64,000 nt of DNA, taken from contig OZ244563.1 of the NCBI GenBank assembly GCA_965217715.1, positions 2,294,165 to 2,358,164 on the forward strand, given 5' to 3'. This DNA comes from Candidatus Poribacteria bacterium (GTDB taxonomy: Bacteria > Poribacteria > WGA-4E > WGA-3G). The notes beneath the pieces are model-generated. The model saw only the letters and a program-made list of their open reading frames with translations. It did no database searches and was not told where the DNA came from. Below, in pieces: positions 20,564-31,139 of this stretch (positions are counted from its first letter, which is position 1; the number at the start of each line of letters is the position of its first letter). Both the position numbers and the translations under genes were made by a program.

Positions 20564-21297
20564 TCGTCTCCTCTCCTTGTTATGAAATTCAATATAAATC
20601 TCCCAAAAAAATATAATACATTATACTATAACGTTTTGTCAAGCAAATTGTTTAAAAAAAGTGACTGTTTTTCTCAAAAAACATAGAAAAAGCGGTTTAA
20701 GCCTCGTTTTTTCTAAAATTCCGAACATATATTGGAATAAATTGGTCTAATAGAAAAATACGACGATTCATCACAACCTTTTTATCAAGACATATAACAT
20801 ACGTATCTGCTGGTAAAAGGTTGCAAGTTTTGGAAATGTCTATTAATTTTACCTGGGTTTTCAATAAATAAAACCTTCGCTACCAAAGTTGAGTTTGAAC
20901 CGCATTATTGTAAAAAGATCAAATAGGGTGGATTTCAACTATGATGTAGTGGTACAATTTAAATTTGGATAATTAAACGTTTTGGTGGGTATATTAAACT
21001 TTTTGACAAAATGTTTCGTCTTAAAATGGCAGTTTCAGATTAAATCAAAACCAACCATCATTTTGCTTTTTCAAAATACCGTGCTTGAGAAAGTTTCAAT
21101 AATTCCCCGACAAGGTATCAATCCCTGCATGATATTATATGTTTTAGCGCAAAACCACAATCGTAGTGCGAAAGATTAAATGTATTGGTAGACAGACAAT
21201 TGTGATAGTGTTTGGATAGTTGAATTTTAAACTAATTAACTTGTGCTGCGTCAAAAAGCACTGGTTAATCTGAAAATCAATAAGGAACTATAACTCT

Positions 21298-23175
21298 ATG
21301 TATGGCACATCCCCTAAAAAATCGCTCGTTGAAGTGCTACGAGAAGCAGACCTAATTTCTGAACAGGAATACCATGAAATTCATGAGAAGATACTTGAAG
21401 GTTGGGTGGATAAACCTCTCCAAACTGAGGGAGCGACAAACAGAGACCCGCAATCCGACTCACAAAGTTATCGGCAAATTTTGGATGAAATTGAAGAGGC
21501 AGGAGAATCAGAAGAAGCAATTATTTCTGAATACGTTTCTCCCAAAATTCTTGAACTTGCTAAAAAAGGACGAGAATTCGGAACATCTATCCTACAATTA
21601 GAAGAGATAGTTCCTGAACAGGAAGTGCTTGAGAAGGTGCCAGCAAGTTTTGCCTATCGAAATAAAGTTGTGCCAGTGCATCTTGAAGGTAACGTTCTTA
21701 CTGTCGCTATTGCCGATGTTCAAGATGTAATGTTAATTGATGAAATTCAATACGTCACCGAGTGCGATATTAATTTTCACCTTGCCGATGAAGACGAAAT
21801 TTCAGACGCGATTGTTCGACTCTACGGTCAAAGTGCTGCTTCTCTACTGAGTGCGGGTATTAAAGGCCCGGTTGGTGCGGCTGCAACAATTGCGCGAGAT
21901 AGAATTGAGGACTTTGGTATTGATGATAAGGATCTCGAAGACCCGACAGTTGTTCACGCTGTTGACCAAATGATTATTGACGCGGTTCGCGCAGGGGCGA
22001 GTGATATCCACATTGAGCCTTATGCAGAAGAATTGAAGATTAGATTTAGGGTTGACGGTGTATTAGAAGACGAAGAACAACCTCCCACATATCTGCAGTC
22101 TGCGATAACTTCGCGTGTCAAAATTATGGCTGGGATGGACGTGGCGGAACGTCGCCGTCCACAAGATGGAAAAATCAATAAAGAAATTGGGAGTCTCGGC
22201 GGTGGGCGTCAGATTGACCTTCGTGTTTCTACAGTTCCTACCGTTGCTACACAACATAGTGAAAGTGTTGTGCTGCGTATTCTTGACCGCCAATCCATTG
22301 AATTCGGTTTAGCAGAGCTCGGTCTAACTCATGATAATTTTGATCTTTTTCAGCGAATGATTCATAAACCACACGGGATTATACTCGCAACTGGACCCAC
22401 TGGAAGTGGTAAAACAACAACACTTTATGCTTGTTTGAAAGAGATCAACACACCAGAAGTAAAAATCATTACCCTTGAAGACCCTGTAGAATATGAATTG
22501 GAAGGGGTCAACCAAGTTCAAGTTAATCCTGAAATTGGTTTTTCATTTGCAAATGGGTTACGACATATTCTACGACAAGACCCTGACAAAGTGTTGGTCG
22601 GTGAGATTCGTGATGAGGAAACTGCTGAAATGGCAATTCATACTTCACTGACAGGGCACCTCGTTTTTAGCACTCTGCACACGAATGATGCCCCAGGTGC
22701 TATCACACGTCTTATTGATATGGGGGTCGAACCGTATTTAGTTGCCTCTACAGTAGAAGGTATTATAGCACAACGATTGGCACGGCGTGTTTGCAAAGCT
22801 TGCTGCGAAATGTACAAACCAACTGAAAAGGAAATCGCAGGAATTCTCATCAACAACGGAGTCCATGTACAAACTGACCTTGAAATTCCACGTGCAAACG
22901 AAGATGGTTGCAAAGAATGTCGTGGGAGAGGCTATAAGGGCAGGATCGGTATTTTTGAAGTTATTTTTATGACTGAAGAAATACGCTCAATGGCGCTCCA
23001 ACATTCTTCAACCAGCGAACTCCGTCAAATTGCTATGAAAATGGGTATGAAAAGTTTACGCGAAGATGGATGGCAAAAGGTTACTGCAGGACAAACGACG
23101 GTTGATGAAATCCTTCGACTTACCCAAGAAGATGCTTACGAATTTGATGAAGATAATCAAAGTGCATCCGAATAG
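21298..23175 (+). CDS. gspE: Type II secretion / pilus assembly ATPase GspE/PilB
   Basis: ASDIHIEP, GPTGSGKTTT, EDPVE, LRQDPD, GHLVFSTLH, CxxC pairs. Confidence 0.93.
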   Translation: MYGTSPKKSLVEVLREADLISEQEYHEIHEKILEGWVDKPLQTEGATNRDPQSDSQSYRQILDEIEEAGESEEAIISEYVSPKILELAKKGREFGTSILQLEEIVPEQEVLEKVPASFAYRNKVVPVHLEGNVLTVAIADVQDVMLIDEIQYVTECDINFHLADEDEISDAIVRLYGQSAASLLSAGIKGPVGAAATIARDRIEDFGIDDKDLEDPTVVHAVDQMIIDAVRAGASDIHIEPYAEELKIRFRVDGVLEDEEQPPTYLQSAITSRVKIMAGMDVAERRRPQDGKINKEIGSLGGGRQIDLRVSTVPTVATQHSESVVLRILDRQSIEFGLAELGLTHDNFDLFQRMIHKPHGIILATGPTGSGKTTTLYACLKEINTPEVKIITLEDPVEYELEGVNQVQVNPEIGFSFANGLRHILRQDPDKVLVGEIRDEETAEMAIHTSLTGHLVFSTLHTNDAPGAITRLIDMGVEPYLVASTVEGIIAQRLARRVCKACCEMYKPTEKEIAGILINNGVHVQTDLEIPRANEDGCKECRGRGYKGRIGIFEVIFMTEEIRSMALQHSSTSELRQIAMKMGMKSLREDGWQKVTAGQTTVDEILRLTQEDAYEFDEDNQSASE

Positions 23176-23290
23176 GAGTACTTGTACAGAACGTAGGATG
23201 TTTTGTGGCATACATTTTACAAATATGGTTGTAATGTGTTCACTCCAGCAGACAACCATTGTATTAAACATCGCTCTAATGTAAATCTAA

Positions 23291-23489
23291 TATAGTGGAT
23301 TTTAGAATTACATTGACACACTCACTCTGTGAATCAACGATGAATGCGCTTTTGGCATTCATCGGGAGAGAACTCCGATTCCCGACTACAAACGAGTCGC
23401 GATTCAGAGATCGCTCCTACAGAATATGAACAATTGTGAAAAACAACAAAACTGATACGTAACTAGCACAAGTTGTATAATTCACTATA
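23291..23489. mobile_element. MITE family B, copy 1 (TATAGTGGAT.. termini), carrying hairpin and REP cargo
   Basis: tatagtggattttagaatt / gtataattcactata; internal REPs ending in ctac at 23363-23420. Confidence 0.72.
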
Positions 23490-23521
23490 ATACAAAGTTC
23501 AATTCCTACAAGAGATTAACT

Positions 23522-24748
23522 ATGCCAAGATTTCAATATGAAGCTCTCACCTATACAGGTGCCACAGTCAACAATACTTTGGAAGCAGACTCAAAATCTG
23601 AACTTATCGCGCAATTGCGGCAGATGGGATACTGGCCAACACAGGTTGTGGAGGAAGGTGAAGCACTTGAAACAAAAACGAAGCGATTATTTAGTATCGG
23701 AACGCGCAAAATCAAATCCGCTGAAGTAGAATTTTTCACCTATCAGTTAGCAGCGTTGATAAGCGCTCACGTTGCACTCCCGCGTGCTTTGGAGGTTACA
23801 TTAGAGCAGATTACGAATCCGGAGTTTAACCGCATTATTTCGCAGGTAAAATATGATGTTGAACACGGCGCAACATTTAACGCTGCATTGGAGCAACATC
23901 CAAAAGTCTTTTCCGATCTCTACGTAAATATGGTTAAGGCTGGGGAAGCTGGTGGTGTGTTGGGAGAAGTCTTAGAACGGTTGGCAGAGTTTGCTGAAAG
24001 ACAACGTGTTCTCAAAAACCAAGTTGTTTCTGCGCTATTTTATCCAACAATTCTTTTTGGATTGATGATAACTGCAATTATCGTGCTAATGATTCTCGTT
24101 ATCCCAAAGTTCACAGAGATGTTTGAAGAGTTTGGTCGTGAACTGCCGCTTCCGACTCAAATCCTCATTTCAATATCGGATATTTTCGCAAATTTTTGGT
24201 GGTTAGGATTGCTCGCAATTAGCATTATCGCAACCGTCCTCCGACGATACCTCCGGACAGAAAACGGAAAGGTATTGCTTGATCGGATTAAGCTTAAAAT
24301 CCCACTTGTCGGGCCCGTTTTTAGCACTTTTGCTATTGTTCGGTTTACGCGTACTATGGCAACACTTTTAGAAAATGGAGTACGCATGCTTCCTGCCTTG
24401 CAAGTTGTTAAAGATACTATTGGGAATAAGGTTTACAGCAACATCATTTCTGAAGCAGAAAAAGAGGTAGAGCAGGGCTCAACACTCTCACGCGAATTAG
24501 GACAAAGCAAGGACTTCCCGACTCTTGTAACTCACATGATTGCTGTAGGTGAAGAATCTGGAGAACCGGTTAGCATGTTGGCAAAGTTGTCTGAATATTA
24601 CGACATGGAAATCAGGAAGAGTCTTGAACGGTTGACAAGTTCCATTAGTCCCTTGGTAATTCTAATTATGGGTTTGCTGATCGGATTTATCGCTGTCGCT
24701 ATGATTCTACCTATTTTTGAAGCACAACAAGTAATAGGTGGTAGTTAA
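23522..24748 (+). CDS. gspF: Type II secretion inner-membrane platform protein GspF/PilC
   Basis: AGEAGG.L..VL, YP-TM, VGEESG, three TM segments. Confidence 0.93.
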   Translation: MPRFQYEALTYTGATVNNTLEADSKSELIAQLRQMGYWPTQVVEEGEALETKTKRLFSIGTRKIKSAEVEFFTYQLAALISAHVALPRALEVTLEQITNPEFNRIISQVKYDVEHGATFNAALEQHPKVFSDLYVNMVKAGEAGGVLGEVLERLAEFAERQRVLKNQVVSALFYPTILFGLMITAIIVLMILVIPKFTEMFEEFGRELPLPTQILISISDIFANFWWLGLLAISIIATVLRRYLRTENGKVLLDRIKLKIPLVGPVFSTFAIVRFTRTMATLLENGVRMLPALQVVKDTIGNKVYSNIISEAEKEVEQGSTLSRELGQSKDFPTLVTHMIAVGEESGEPVSMLAKLSEYYDMEIRKSLERLTSSISPLVILIMGLLIGFIAVAMILPIFEAQQVIGGS

Positions 24749-24891
24749 TGCTAAACGTAAACCTTTGATGTCAATTTCTTTAAACTATCACGCAAGATAT
24801 TTGTCTAAATAGGCACAAGTCCCTTTTATGTATGTTACGGTAAGAAACACCAGAACACAAAATTCTGCAAACTAATAAGGAGTGAAACTAA

Positions 24892-25344
24892 ATGTTAAAA
24901 CAACTTAGAACAGACGAATCGGGGTTAACTCTGATTGAGTTGACAATTGTTATCGTTATTTTAGGTATTTTAGCGGCATTTATTGCACCGAGAATCGCAA
25001 ATGCACCGCAAAAGGCTAATGTTTCCAAAGCAAAAGTAGAAATTGAAAACTTATCAACAGCATTGCAACTTTATGCAACGGAGGTTGGGCAATATCCTAC
25101 CACAGAACAAGGGTTACAAGCGTTATGGCGTCCGCCCAATCCGGCTCCTCCAAATTGGCAGGGCCCTTACCTTCGAAAGCAGCTAACAGACGACCCGTGG
25201 GGTAATCCTTACGTCTACCGCAACCCCGGCACACAATATGGATACGATTTTGACCTCCTATCATACGGTAGAGATGGCAAACTGGGAGGTGTTGATTTTG
25301 ACAAGGACATCGCCAACTGGGTTGAAGAAACGACTGCTCAGTAA
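24892..25344 (+). CDS. gspG: Major pseudopilin GspG
   Basis: G|LTLIEL, YPTTEQGLQAL, WQGPYL, DPWGNPYVY. Confidence 0.95.
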   Translation: MLKQLRTDESGLTLIELTIVIVILGILAAFIAPRIANAPQKANVSKAKVEIENLSTALQLYATEVGQYPTTEQGLQALWRPPNPAPPNWQGPYLRKQLTDDPWGNPYVYRNPGTQYGYDFDLLSYGRDGKLGGVDFDKDIANWVEETTAQ

Positions 25345-25375
25345 ACCTGTAACCTTGAGTAGTAGACGACCCAGC

Positions 25376-26011
25376 ATGCTTTCTAAGTACCGAAACCCAA
25401 TTACACTGTCCAGTGAGGAAGGTTTCAGTCTTATGGAAATAATGTTGGTTTTCGCTATTATTGCGATTTTGTCTACAATGTCTATGCCTGCGATGCGGGG
25501 ATTTGCCGCATCGCGTAGGTTAACGACCTCTGCTCAGGCAATTGCTGATACACTTGCATTTGCGCGAGATATGGCAATTACCGAGCGAACGACGCACCTT
25601 GTCGTATTTGATATTGACACTAATAGATATTGGTTGGCTTCCAGTGAAACTTTTGATGTCCAAAATCCTATCACTTCAGCGGGGAAAGCCGCCAGTCCTA
25701 CAACGTCAATAGATGGGCAAACTGTGATATCCCGCACAGGGGGAATCATGGGCATACCGCAGCCGCTCAGCCAAGGTGTTACCATAGCTGCTTTAGTAAC
25801 AACACATAACGGTGTTACCCAACAAATTGCTGCTGGGGCAAATTACGTTTATTTTACGCCGACTTCAACATCGGCAGATACCATCGTGTATCTCCGAAAT
25901 GTTCGGGAAAAGGTGATGGCAATTGTTGTTGAAGCTACTACCGGACGCGCCAGTGTTGAGCAGATGTCACAGCAACAAGTTCAAACATTAGGTTTAGGGA
26001 ACGATTTGTAA
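25376..26011 (+). CDS. gspH: Minor pseudopilin GspH/FimT-like
   Basis: G|FSLMEI prepilin site; position after gspG; start moved to ATG 25376. Confidence 0.8.
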   Translation: MLSKYRNPITLSSEEGFSLMEIMLVFAIIAILSTMSMPAMRGFAASRRLTTSAQAIADTLAFARDMAITERTTHLVVFDIDTNRYWLASSETFDVQNPITSAGKAASPTTSIDGQTVISRTGGIMGIPQPLSQGVTIAALVTTHNGVTQQIAAGANYVYFTPTSTSADTIVYLRNVREKVMAIVVEATTGRASVEQMSQQQVQTLGLGNDL

Positions 26012-26012
26012 T

Positions 26013-26420
26013 ATGAAAAAACGATCCATTCTCAGTCGTGAAGACGGGTTCACTTTTGCCGAAATCCTTGTAACAATAGCGATTATGGCTGCAGTATTTC
26101 CAGCACTTTTAAAGGTGTTTAGTGATACCTCTCGCAACGTGTCTCTTTCAGATAACCGAGTGACAGCACTCTATCTGCTTGAATCTCAAATAGCAGAAAT
26201 TGAAATGGGCGGTTATCCAGAAGCTGGGCAACAGAGCGATATTATTGGAGGTTCTATCTTTGAGTGGCAATCTGTGGTATCAGATATAGAATCCGATGAA
26301 ATTGAGGGACTCCGGAGGGTTGCGGTAACTATCTCTTGGGAACATTTGGGAAGGTTGCAATCAATCAGTATGTTTACCTATATGGCTGACAGGGAAATCC
26401 AACAAGAACAAAACCAATAA
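26013..26420 (+). CDS. gspI: Minor pseudopilin GspI-like
   Basis: G|FTFAEI prepilin site, FEW, LRRVAVTISW. Confidence 0.8.
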   Translation: MKKRSILSREDGFTFAEILVTIAIMAAVFPALLKVFSDTSRNVSLSDNRVTALYLLESQIAEIEMGGYPEAGQQSDIIGGSIFEWQSVVSDIESDEIEGLRRVAVTISWEHLGRLQSISMFTYMADREIQQEQNQ

Positions 26421-26501
26421 AATCAACACTTGCTTGTATAAAACCAAATTAACGATAATTATTCTGTTTTCGGAGGGTAGGTACGGTTTCTTAACCGTAC
26501 T

Positions 26502-26672
26502 TATGGTGAATTATTGAAATAATTATGCACTTCACTTGTGAATCAACGCCGAATACGCGTGTGGTATTCGGCGGGAGCGATTTCCGAATCGCGACGAAAC
26601 GCCTTGATAGTCGGGAATCGGAGCTCCCGACTACAGTTCAAGAATGTCCAATTAATTCTAAAATCTACCATA
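26502..26672. mobile_element. MITE family B, copy 2, carrying hairpin and REP cargo
   Basis: tatggtgaatta / taattctaaaatctaccata; a further REP lies just outside at 26477-26500. Confidence 0.72.
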
Positions 26673-26729
26673 ATAGATTGGAATCAAGTTAATTTTGGTA
26701 TAAGAAAACGGATGATGGGACGCTGAATT

Positions 26730-27608
26730 ATGAGAAATCTAATAAAGAAGTGTGAAAGTGGTCTTACCCTCGTTGAAATGCTTACTGCCGTGACTATTAT
26801 CGTCATTATGGGTGGTACCACTTATGCTGTCTTCAATACAGCAATAGACGCATACCATCGCACCCAATCGAAATTGATTCAATCACAGCGTTGCCGTGTA
26901 GCTATGCACCACTTAACCACAGATTTAAAACAGATACAAGCTGATACATCTGACGAAATGTTGGTACTCTATTCAGAAGACCGTCCGACTGCATCTGGTG
27001 ATATGGATATACTCAGTTTTGTGACGCTGGTAAAGACTGATCCAGACCCGTTTGTAGCGGAGGTGGATGCTTCTTACATTTTCAGTACACCTCTTTTGAG
27101 CGATGTCCGGCGAGTTGCTTATTATGTCGGTCTGAAGGTGCCTATAGCGGAACTGCGGAGTGAGAATTTCATTCCGCCGCCTTATACTGCATCACAAGAA
27201 CCGAGACAAAACATATCTGGGCAGGAAGAAATCTTTACTCTTTATCGCATTGTGACTACAGCTCTGAATCCAGAATTGGCTATTAACGCATTTATGAATG
27301 CTGGAACGATTCCAACAGTAGATGAAAATGGCATGCCGATTCATTTTAGTATAGATCCGCTAATTGATGGAATTGTTAACTTTGACCTCAAGTATCTTGA
27401 TGAAGAAGCACTGCCTTATGACTCCTGGGAACAGGCAGACGTGATCCCGACGGCTGTCCAAATGCTAATTTCCGTGATAGATGAGGACAGACAAGAGTCG
27501 GTGTCAACGCAAAATTTTGCGCAGAACCCAGGCGTTATAACACCGGGTGCCTTGACACAGGCGACTATGGTGTATTTGCCGCCAAGTGCAAACACTTCTG
27601 AACAATAA
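26730..27608 (+). CDS. gspJ: Minor pseudopilin GspJ-like
   Basis: G|LTLVEM, LTTDL, VAYY, W....IPTAVQM. Confidence 0.8.
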   Translation: MRNLIKKCESGLTLVEMLTAVTIIVIMGGTTYAVFNTAIDAYHRTQSKLIQSQRCRVAMHHLTTDLKQIQADTSDEMLVLYSEDRPTASGDMDILSFVTLVKTDPDPFVAEVDASYIFSTPLLSDVRRVAYYVGLKVPIAELRSENFIPPPYTASQEPRQNISGQEEIFTLYRIVTTALNPELAINAFMNAGTIPTVDENGMPIHFSIDPLIDGIVNFDLKYLDEEALPYDSWEQADVIPTAVQMLISVIDEDRQESVSTQNFAQNPGVITPGALTQATMVYLPPSANTSEQ

Positions 27609-27684
27609 GCTGAACTTCAAAGGATATTGTGGTCATTTCTGCTGCCAATACACTTCACTTCCAAGAAAACGTTGAGGAAAACCG

Positions 27685-29361
27685 ATGAGAAAATACCTTA
27701 ATTATTCATTCAAACATAGAGACATTACTCCCAACCAACAGATGAGCAGAACTACATCAACGGCGTTTTGTTTTTGTGATTCAAACGGATTATCACTTGT
27801 CTCAACGCTTTGGATTTTGACGATCCTCTCTGTCTTAGCAATGCAGCTGCTCTACTCATTTCAGCTTGAAAATAAGGCACGGACCAACTTTGTAGACAGG
27901 GTAAAGTATAACTTTGCAGCTAAAGCCGGATTTGAGTGGGGTGTCGCAAAATTGCGAACCGATGAAACTAATTTCGACTCGCTTGGTGAAACATGGGCGG
28001 AACCGGTTCAGCAACAAATTGATGACGGTGTCCAAATTGGTAGAATGTTAAACTATCAGGTTACCATAACTGATGAAGCGTCAAAAATTAACATCAATTC
28101 CGCACCGGAAGACACTATTCGTAATTTACTCGCTTTTTTAGGGGCCCAACCAGAAAACAATCAAACTGGTGATCTTGCAGCGCGGATCGTTGAAGGACGA
28201 CCGTATCGCACTGTCCGAGATGTCGCAAGTGTTGAAGGGATGACACCAGATGTCCTTTATGGCATACAACAGCAAACAGTAGCGGCACCCGAGACGAGTG
28301 GGTCTGAAGATATTCAGCCGCAAACACAAATAACAATGGGGGCAAATGGTCTCGTTAACATGGCAACGATCTATTCCGTTGATGCGAATACTGATTCTAA
28401 TGGGCAACAAAGAGTTAATATCAATTCTGCAAACGCACAGCAATTAAGACAAATTCAATCTAATAACAATCAATCAGTTTTTTCGCAAGCTGAGGCGAAT
28501 GCGATTATCCAGAAACGCGAATCTGAGGAATTTAAGGGGATTTCTGCACTGTTAGATGTCTCGGCTGTTTCGGATAATGTTTTTAATAATATACGTAATC
28601 AAATCACTGTTGAAACTGCCTCTGTTCAAAATACCGGTTCTGGAAATTCCAATAATCAAGGTGGTGGAAATAATCCATTTGGTGACGATGGAAATAATCC
28701 ATTTGGTGACGATGGAAATAATCAAGGTGGTGGAAATAATCAAGGTGGCGGCAGGGACAATAATGGTAATGGTGGTAATGGTGGTAATGGAAACTCGCTG
28801 CTTAATATTAATACGGCTGACTCAGAAGCACTTCAAGAACTTCAAGGAATTGATGAGGGGATTGCACAACGGATTATCGCACACCGCAATTCCCAAGGAT
28901 CATTCCAAAACATTGACGCCATTAAAGATGTAAGGCTAACAACAGTCCAAGAGTTTGCTGGAATTGCTGATAAAGTAACAGCAAATGGAGGACAAACTGT
29001 AAACGGATTAATCAACATAAATACTGCACCTTTAGAAACTTTACAACTGTTACCGGGGATGGATCAAACAAAAGCGCAAGCAATCATTGACCGCCGTGAA
29101 GAGGAAAGCCCAGACGCACAGAATACATCAGAAGATGCGATTCAAGGCAACCCTTTCAGTGACATTGGGCAACTTTTAGATATTGAAGAAATTGATAATC
29201 AAACATTCCGAGAAGTTGTAGATTGGGTGACCTACCGTTCACAAGGGTATCGTATCGAATCTGCTGCGGTTGATATGAGTGGAAAAGTCATCGCAACGTA
29301 TGTTGGTATCGTTGTGCGAAGTGAAAGCCAATTGAATGTTCCGTATTGGCGACAGGATTAG
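27685..29361 (+). CDS. gspK: GspK-like pseudopilin with multiple ComEA-like helix-hairpin-helix modules
   Basis: G|LSLVSTLWIL (no E5), DEASKININ, repeated (V/L/I)NIN(S/T)A..L..L.G motifs, GN-rich linker; start could be 27742. Confidence 0.85.
   Translation: MRKYLNYSFKHRDITPNQQMSRTTSTAFCFCDSNGLSLVSTLWILTILSVLAMQLLYSFQLENKARTNFVDRVKYNFAAKAGFEWGVAKLRTDETNFDSLGETWAEPVQQQIDDGVQIGRMLNYQVTITDEASKININSAPEDTIRNLLAFLGAQPENNQTGDLAARIVEGRPYRTVRDVASVEGMTPDVLYGIQQQTVAAPETSGSEDIQPQTQITMGANGLVNMATIYSVDANTDSNGQQRVNINSANAQQLRQIQSNNNQSVFSQAEANAIIQKRESEEFKGISALLDVSAVSDNVFNNIRNQITVETASVQNTGSGNSNNQGGGNNPFGDDGNNPFGDDGNNQGGGNNQGGGRDNNGNGGNGGNGNSLLNINTADSEALQELQGIDEGIAQRIIAHRNSQGSFQNIDAIKDVRLTTVQEFAGIADKVTANGGQTVNGLININTAPLETLQLLPGMDQTKAQAIIDRREEESPDAQNTSEDAIQGNPFSDIGQLLDIEEIDNQTFREVVDWVTYRSQGYRIESAAVDMSGKVIATYVGIVVRSESQLNVPYWRQD
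28651..28790 (+). repeat. Coding tandem repeats (NNQGGG / NNPFGDDG / GNG)
   Basis: ggaaataatccatttggtgacgat x2, aataatcaaggtgg x3, ggtaatggt repeats. Confidence 0.9.
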
Positions 29362-29398
29362 CAAGAGGAACAACTAAAAGATAAACGAGGTTTTATAA

Positions 29399-31105
29399 AT
29401 GGCAAAGAATCAGGTTGTAGCAATAGATATCGGTTCAGCCGCAGCGAAAATAGTACATATTGAAAAAATTTCAGGTACACTACATTTAATTAACGCTGGT
29501 GTTATTTCTTATTCAGACCCTGACAATCCTCAACATATCTCTGAAGTTGTCCGGAAGTTGTGGAATCAACTTGGAATCAAACAGAACTTTTTTAATAAAC
29601 ATAAGATGGAAATTGGGATAGCGATTCCTCGTAGATTTGCTTCCACGAAACGTCTATCCAATTTGCCGCCATCAACAACGGATGCACAGTTGCCTTCAGT
29701 CGTAGAAATGGCTGCAGAAACGGAGCTGCCGTTTCAAACTGAAGAGTCCGTTTATACATATCACGACGTTCAACGGACAGTAGAAACGCTTTCTGTCGAA
29801 TTAGTTTCAAGTCGCCGTGACACTGTAGCAAGGTATATGGGGTTCCTTAACGAGACAAAGGTTACACCTTCAGCGGTGATCCCATCTATGTTAGCCACTG
29901 CGACTGTAGCAAGCAAGGCGTTATCTAATACTACAGCACGGACAATCATCATTGACATTGGGGCAGAATATACCGATTTCTGTTTAATGCGCGGACCTAC
30001 TTTGGAATTTTCTCGTTCATTTTCCATCAGTGGTAATCAGTTAACACGAACCTTGATGATGGATACAGAGTTGGATTCTGAAGCAGCAGAACAGGAAAAA
30101 CAACATATCCCAGCACATCAAATACCTACTCGGACCTGGACAAGAAGTTTTATTGGAGAATTAGAACGTTCTATTGATGCGGCCGAGAGGGAGATTAACG
30201 ATGATGAACCCGAAGCGATTGCGGAAATATGGTTATGTGGAGGTGGCTCACGCGTTCCAGAATTGGCTGAGGCATGTCAGGAACAACTTCAAATCCCAAC
30301 CAGACTTTGGAACCCCCTCCAAACTGGTGCTTTGGACACAAGTAATACATCAACACAAGTACTTGAAACATACGGGGATGCTTTAACTGTTCCTTTGGGG
30401 GTTGGAATACATCTTTTAGAAGTTGAAGAACCTGTGTCGTTGTTACCGACCGAAGTCGGGGTGAAACGTGTAGAATCTACCCGTAAACACCAACAACTGA
30501 TCACAGCAGGTATTGCGGGAATCGTACTTCTTGTACTTGTTCTTTCCGGTGTCACATGGAGCAGATCGCAAAAAGCCAAAGTGGCTTTATTAGATGATCA
30601 AATAGCTACATTTGGGAGTCTACAAGTTGATGCGAATAAACAACTTGCTCTTGAACTGGTTTTAGCGGATAAATTAACCCATCAAATTTCTCCGTTGGAC
30701 ATTCTACATGCTCTCAGCACACTTTTTAAAGATAGAACAAAGGTGGCTTGGAAGACATTTGAAGTTAACAATCTGGATGATCTCCAAAAAACACGTATAA
30801 CATTTAGTTTACAAGCAAGTTCGTATGAGGCTTTTAACTCCATGTTGGGTACCCTTAATAGTTCAAAACTTTTTAGTAATATCGAGCCGGGAGAAGTCAC
30901 GGTAACAGGTGATGAACGAAGACCTACCTATGAAGTGAAGATAAACTGTCGATTGAGTCGTGAAGCAACCCAAAAGTTTGCACAAACACGTTATCCGAAA
31001 CCTGTTTTTGAAACTAAAATGGCGGAGGAGAAAGATGTGGACGTTTCGCCGCCTGAAAATTCTGAAAACTCAAAAGATAAATCAGAAGAAGAAAACGAAG
31101 AATAG
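29399..31105 (+). CDS. PilM (actin-like)-PilN/GspL fusion protein
   Basis: AIDIGS, IIDIG, LCGGGSRVPEL, followed by a TM segment and periplasmic domain. Confidence 0.85.
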   Translation: MAKNQVVAIDIGSAAAKIVHIEKISGTLHLINAGVISYSDPDNPQHISEVVRKLWNQLGIKQNFFNKHKMEIGIAIPRRFASTKRLSNLPPSTTDAQLPSVVEMAAETELPFQTEESVYTYHDVQRTVETLSVELVSSRRDTVARYMGFLNETKVTPSAVIPSMLATATVASKALSNTTARTIIIDIGAEYTDFCLMRGPTLEFSRSFSISGNQLTRTLMMDTELDSEAAEQEKQHIPAHQIPTRTWTRSFIGELERSIDAAEREINDDEPEAIAEIWLCGGGSRVPELAEACQEQLQIPTRLWNPLQTGALDTSNTSTQVLETYGDALTVPLGVGIHLLEVEEPVSLLPTEVGVKRVESTRKHQQLITAGIAGIVLLVLVLSGVTWSRSQKAKVALLDDQIATFGSLQVDANKQLALELVLADKLTHQISPLDILHALSTLFKDRTKVAWKTFEVNNLDDLQKTRITFSLQASSYEAFNSMLGTLNSSKLFSNIEPGEVTVTGDERRPTYEVKINCRLSREATQKFAQTRYPKPVFETKMAEEKDVDVSPPENSENSKDKSEEENEE

Positions 31106-31139
31106 AAACAATAAAACTAATCTACTTGCAATTTGCAAT

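Noticed and set aside
20564-21297. Replication origin, or the 65-aa ORF at 20982-21179
   Set aside because: No TTATCCACA DnaA-box cluster or dnaA/dnaN context; the ORF lacks an RBS and recognisable motifs.
26538-26726. 62-aa ORF between gspI and gspJ
   Set aside because: It is a translation of the hairpin/REP/MITE sequence.
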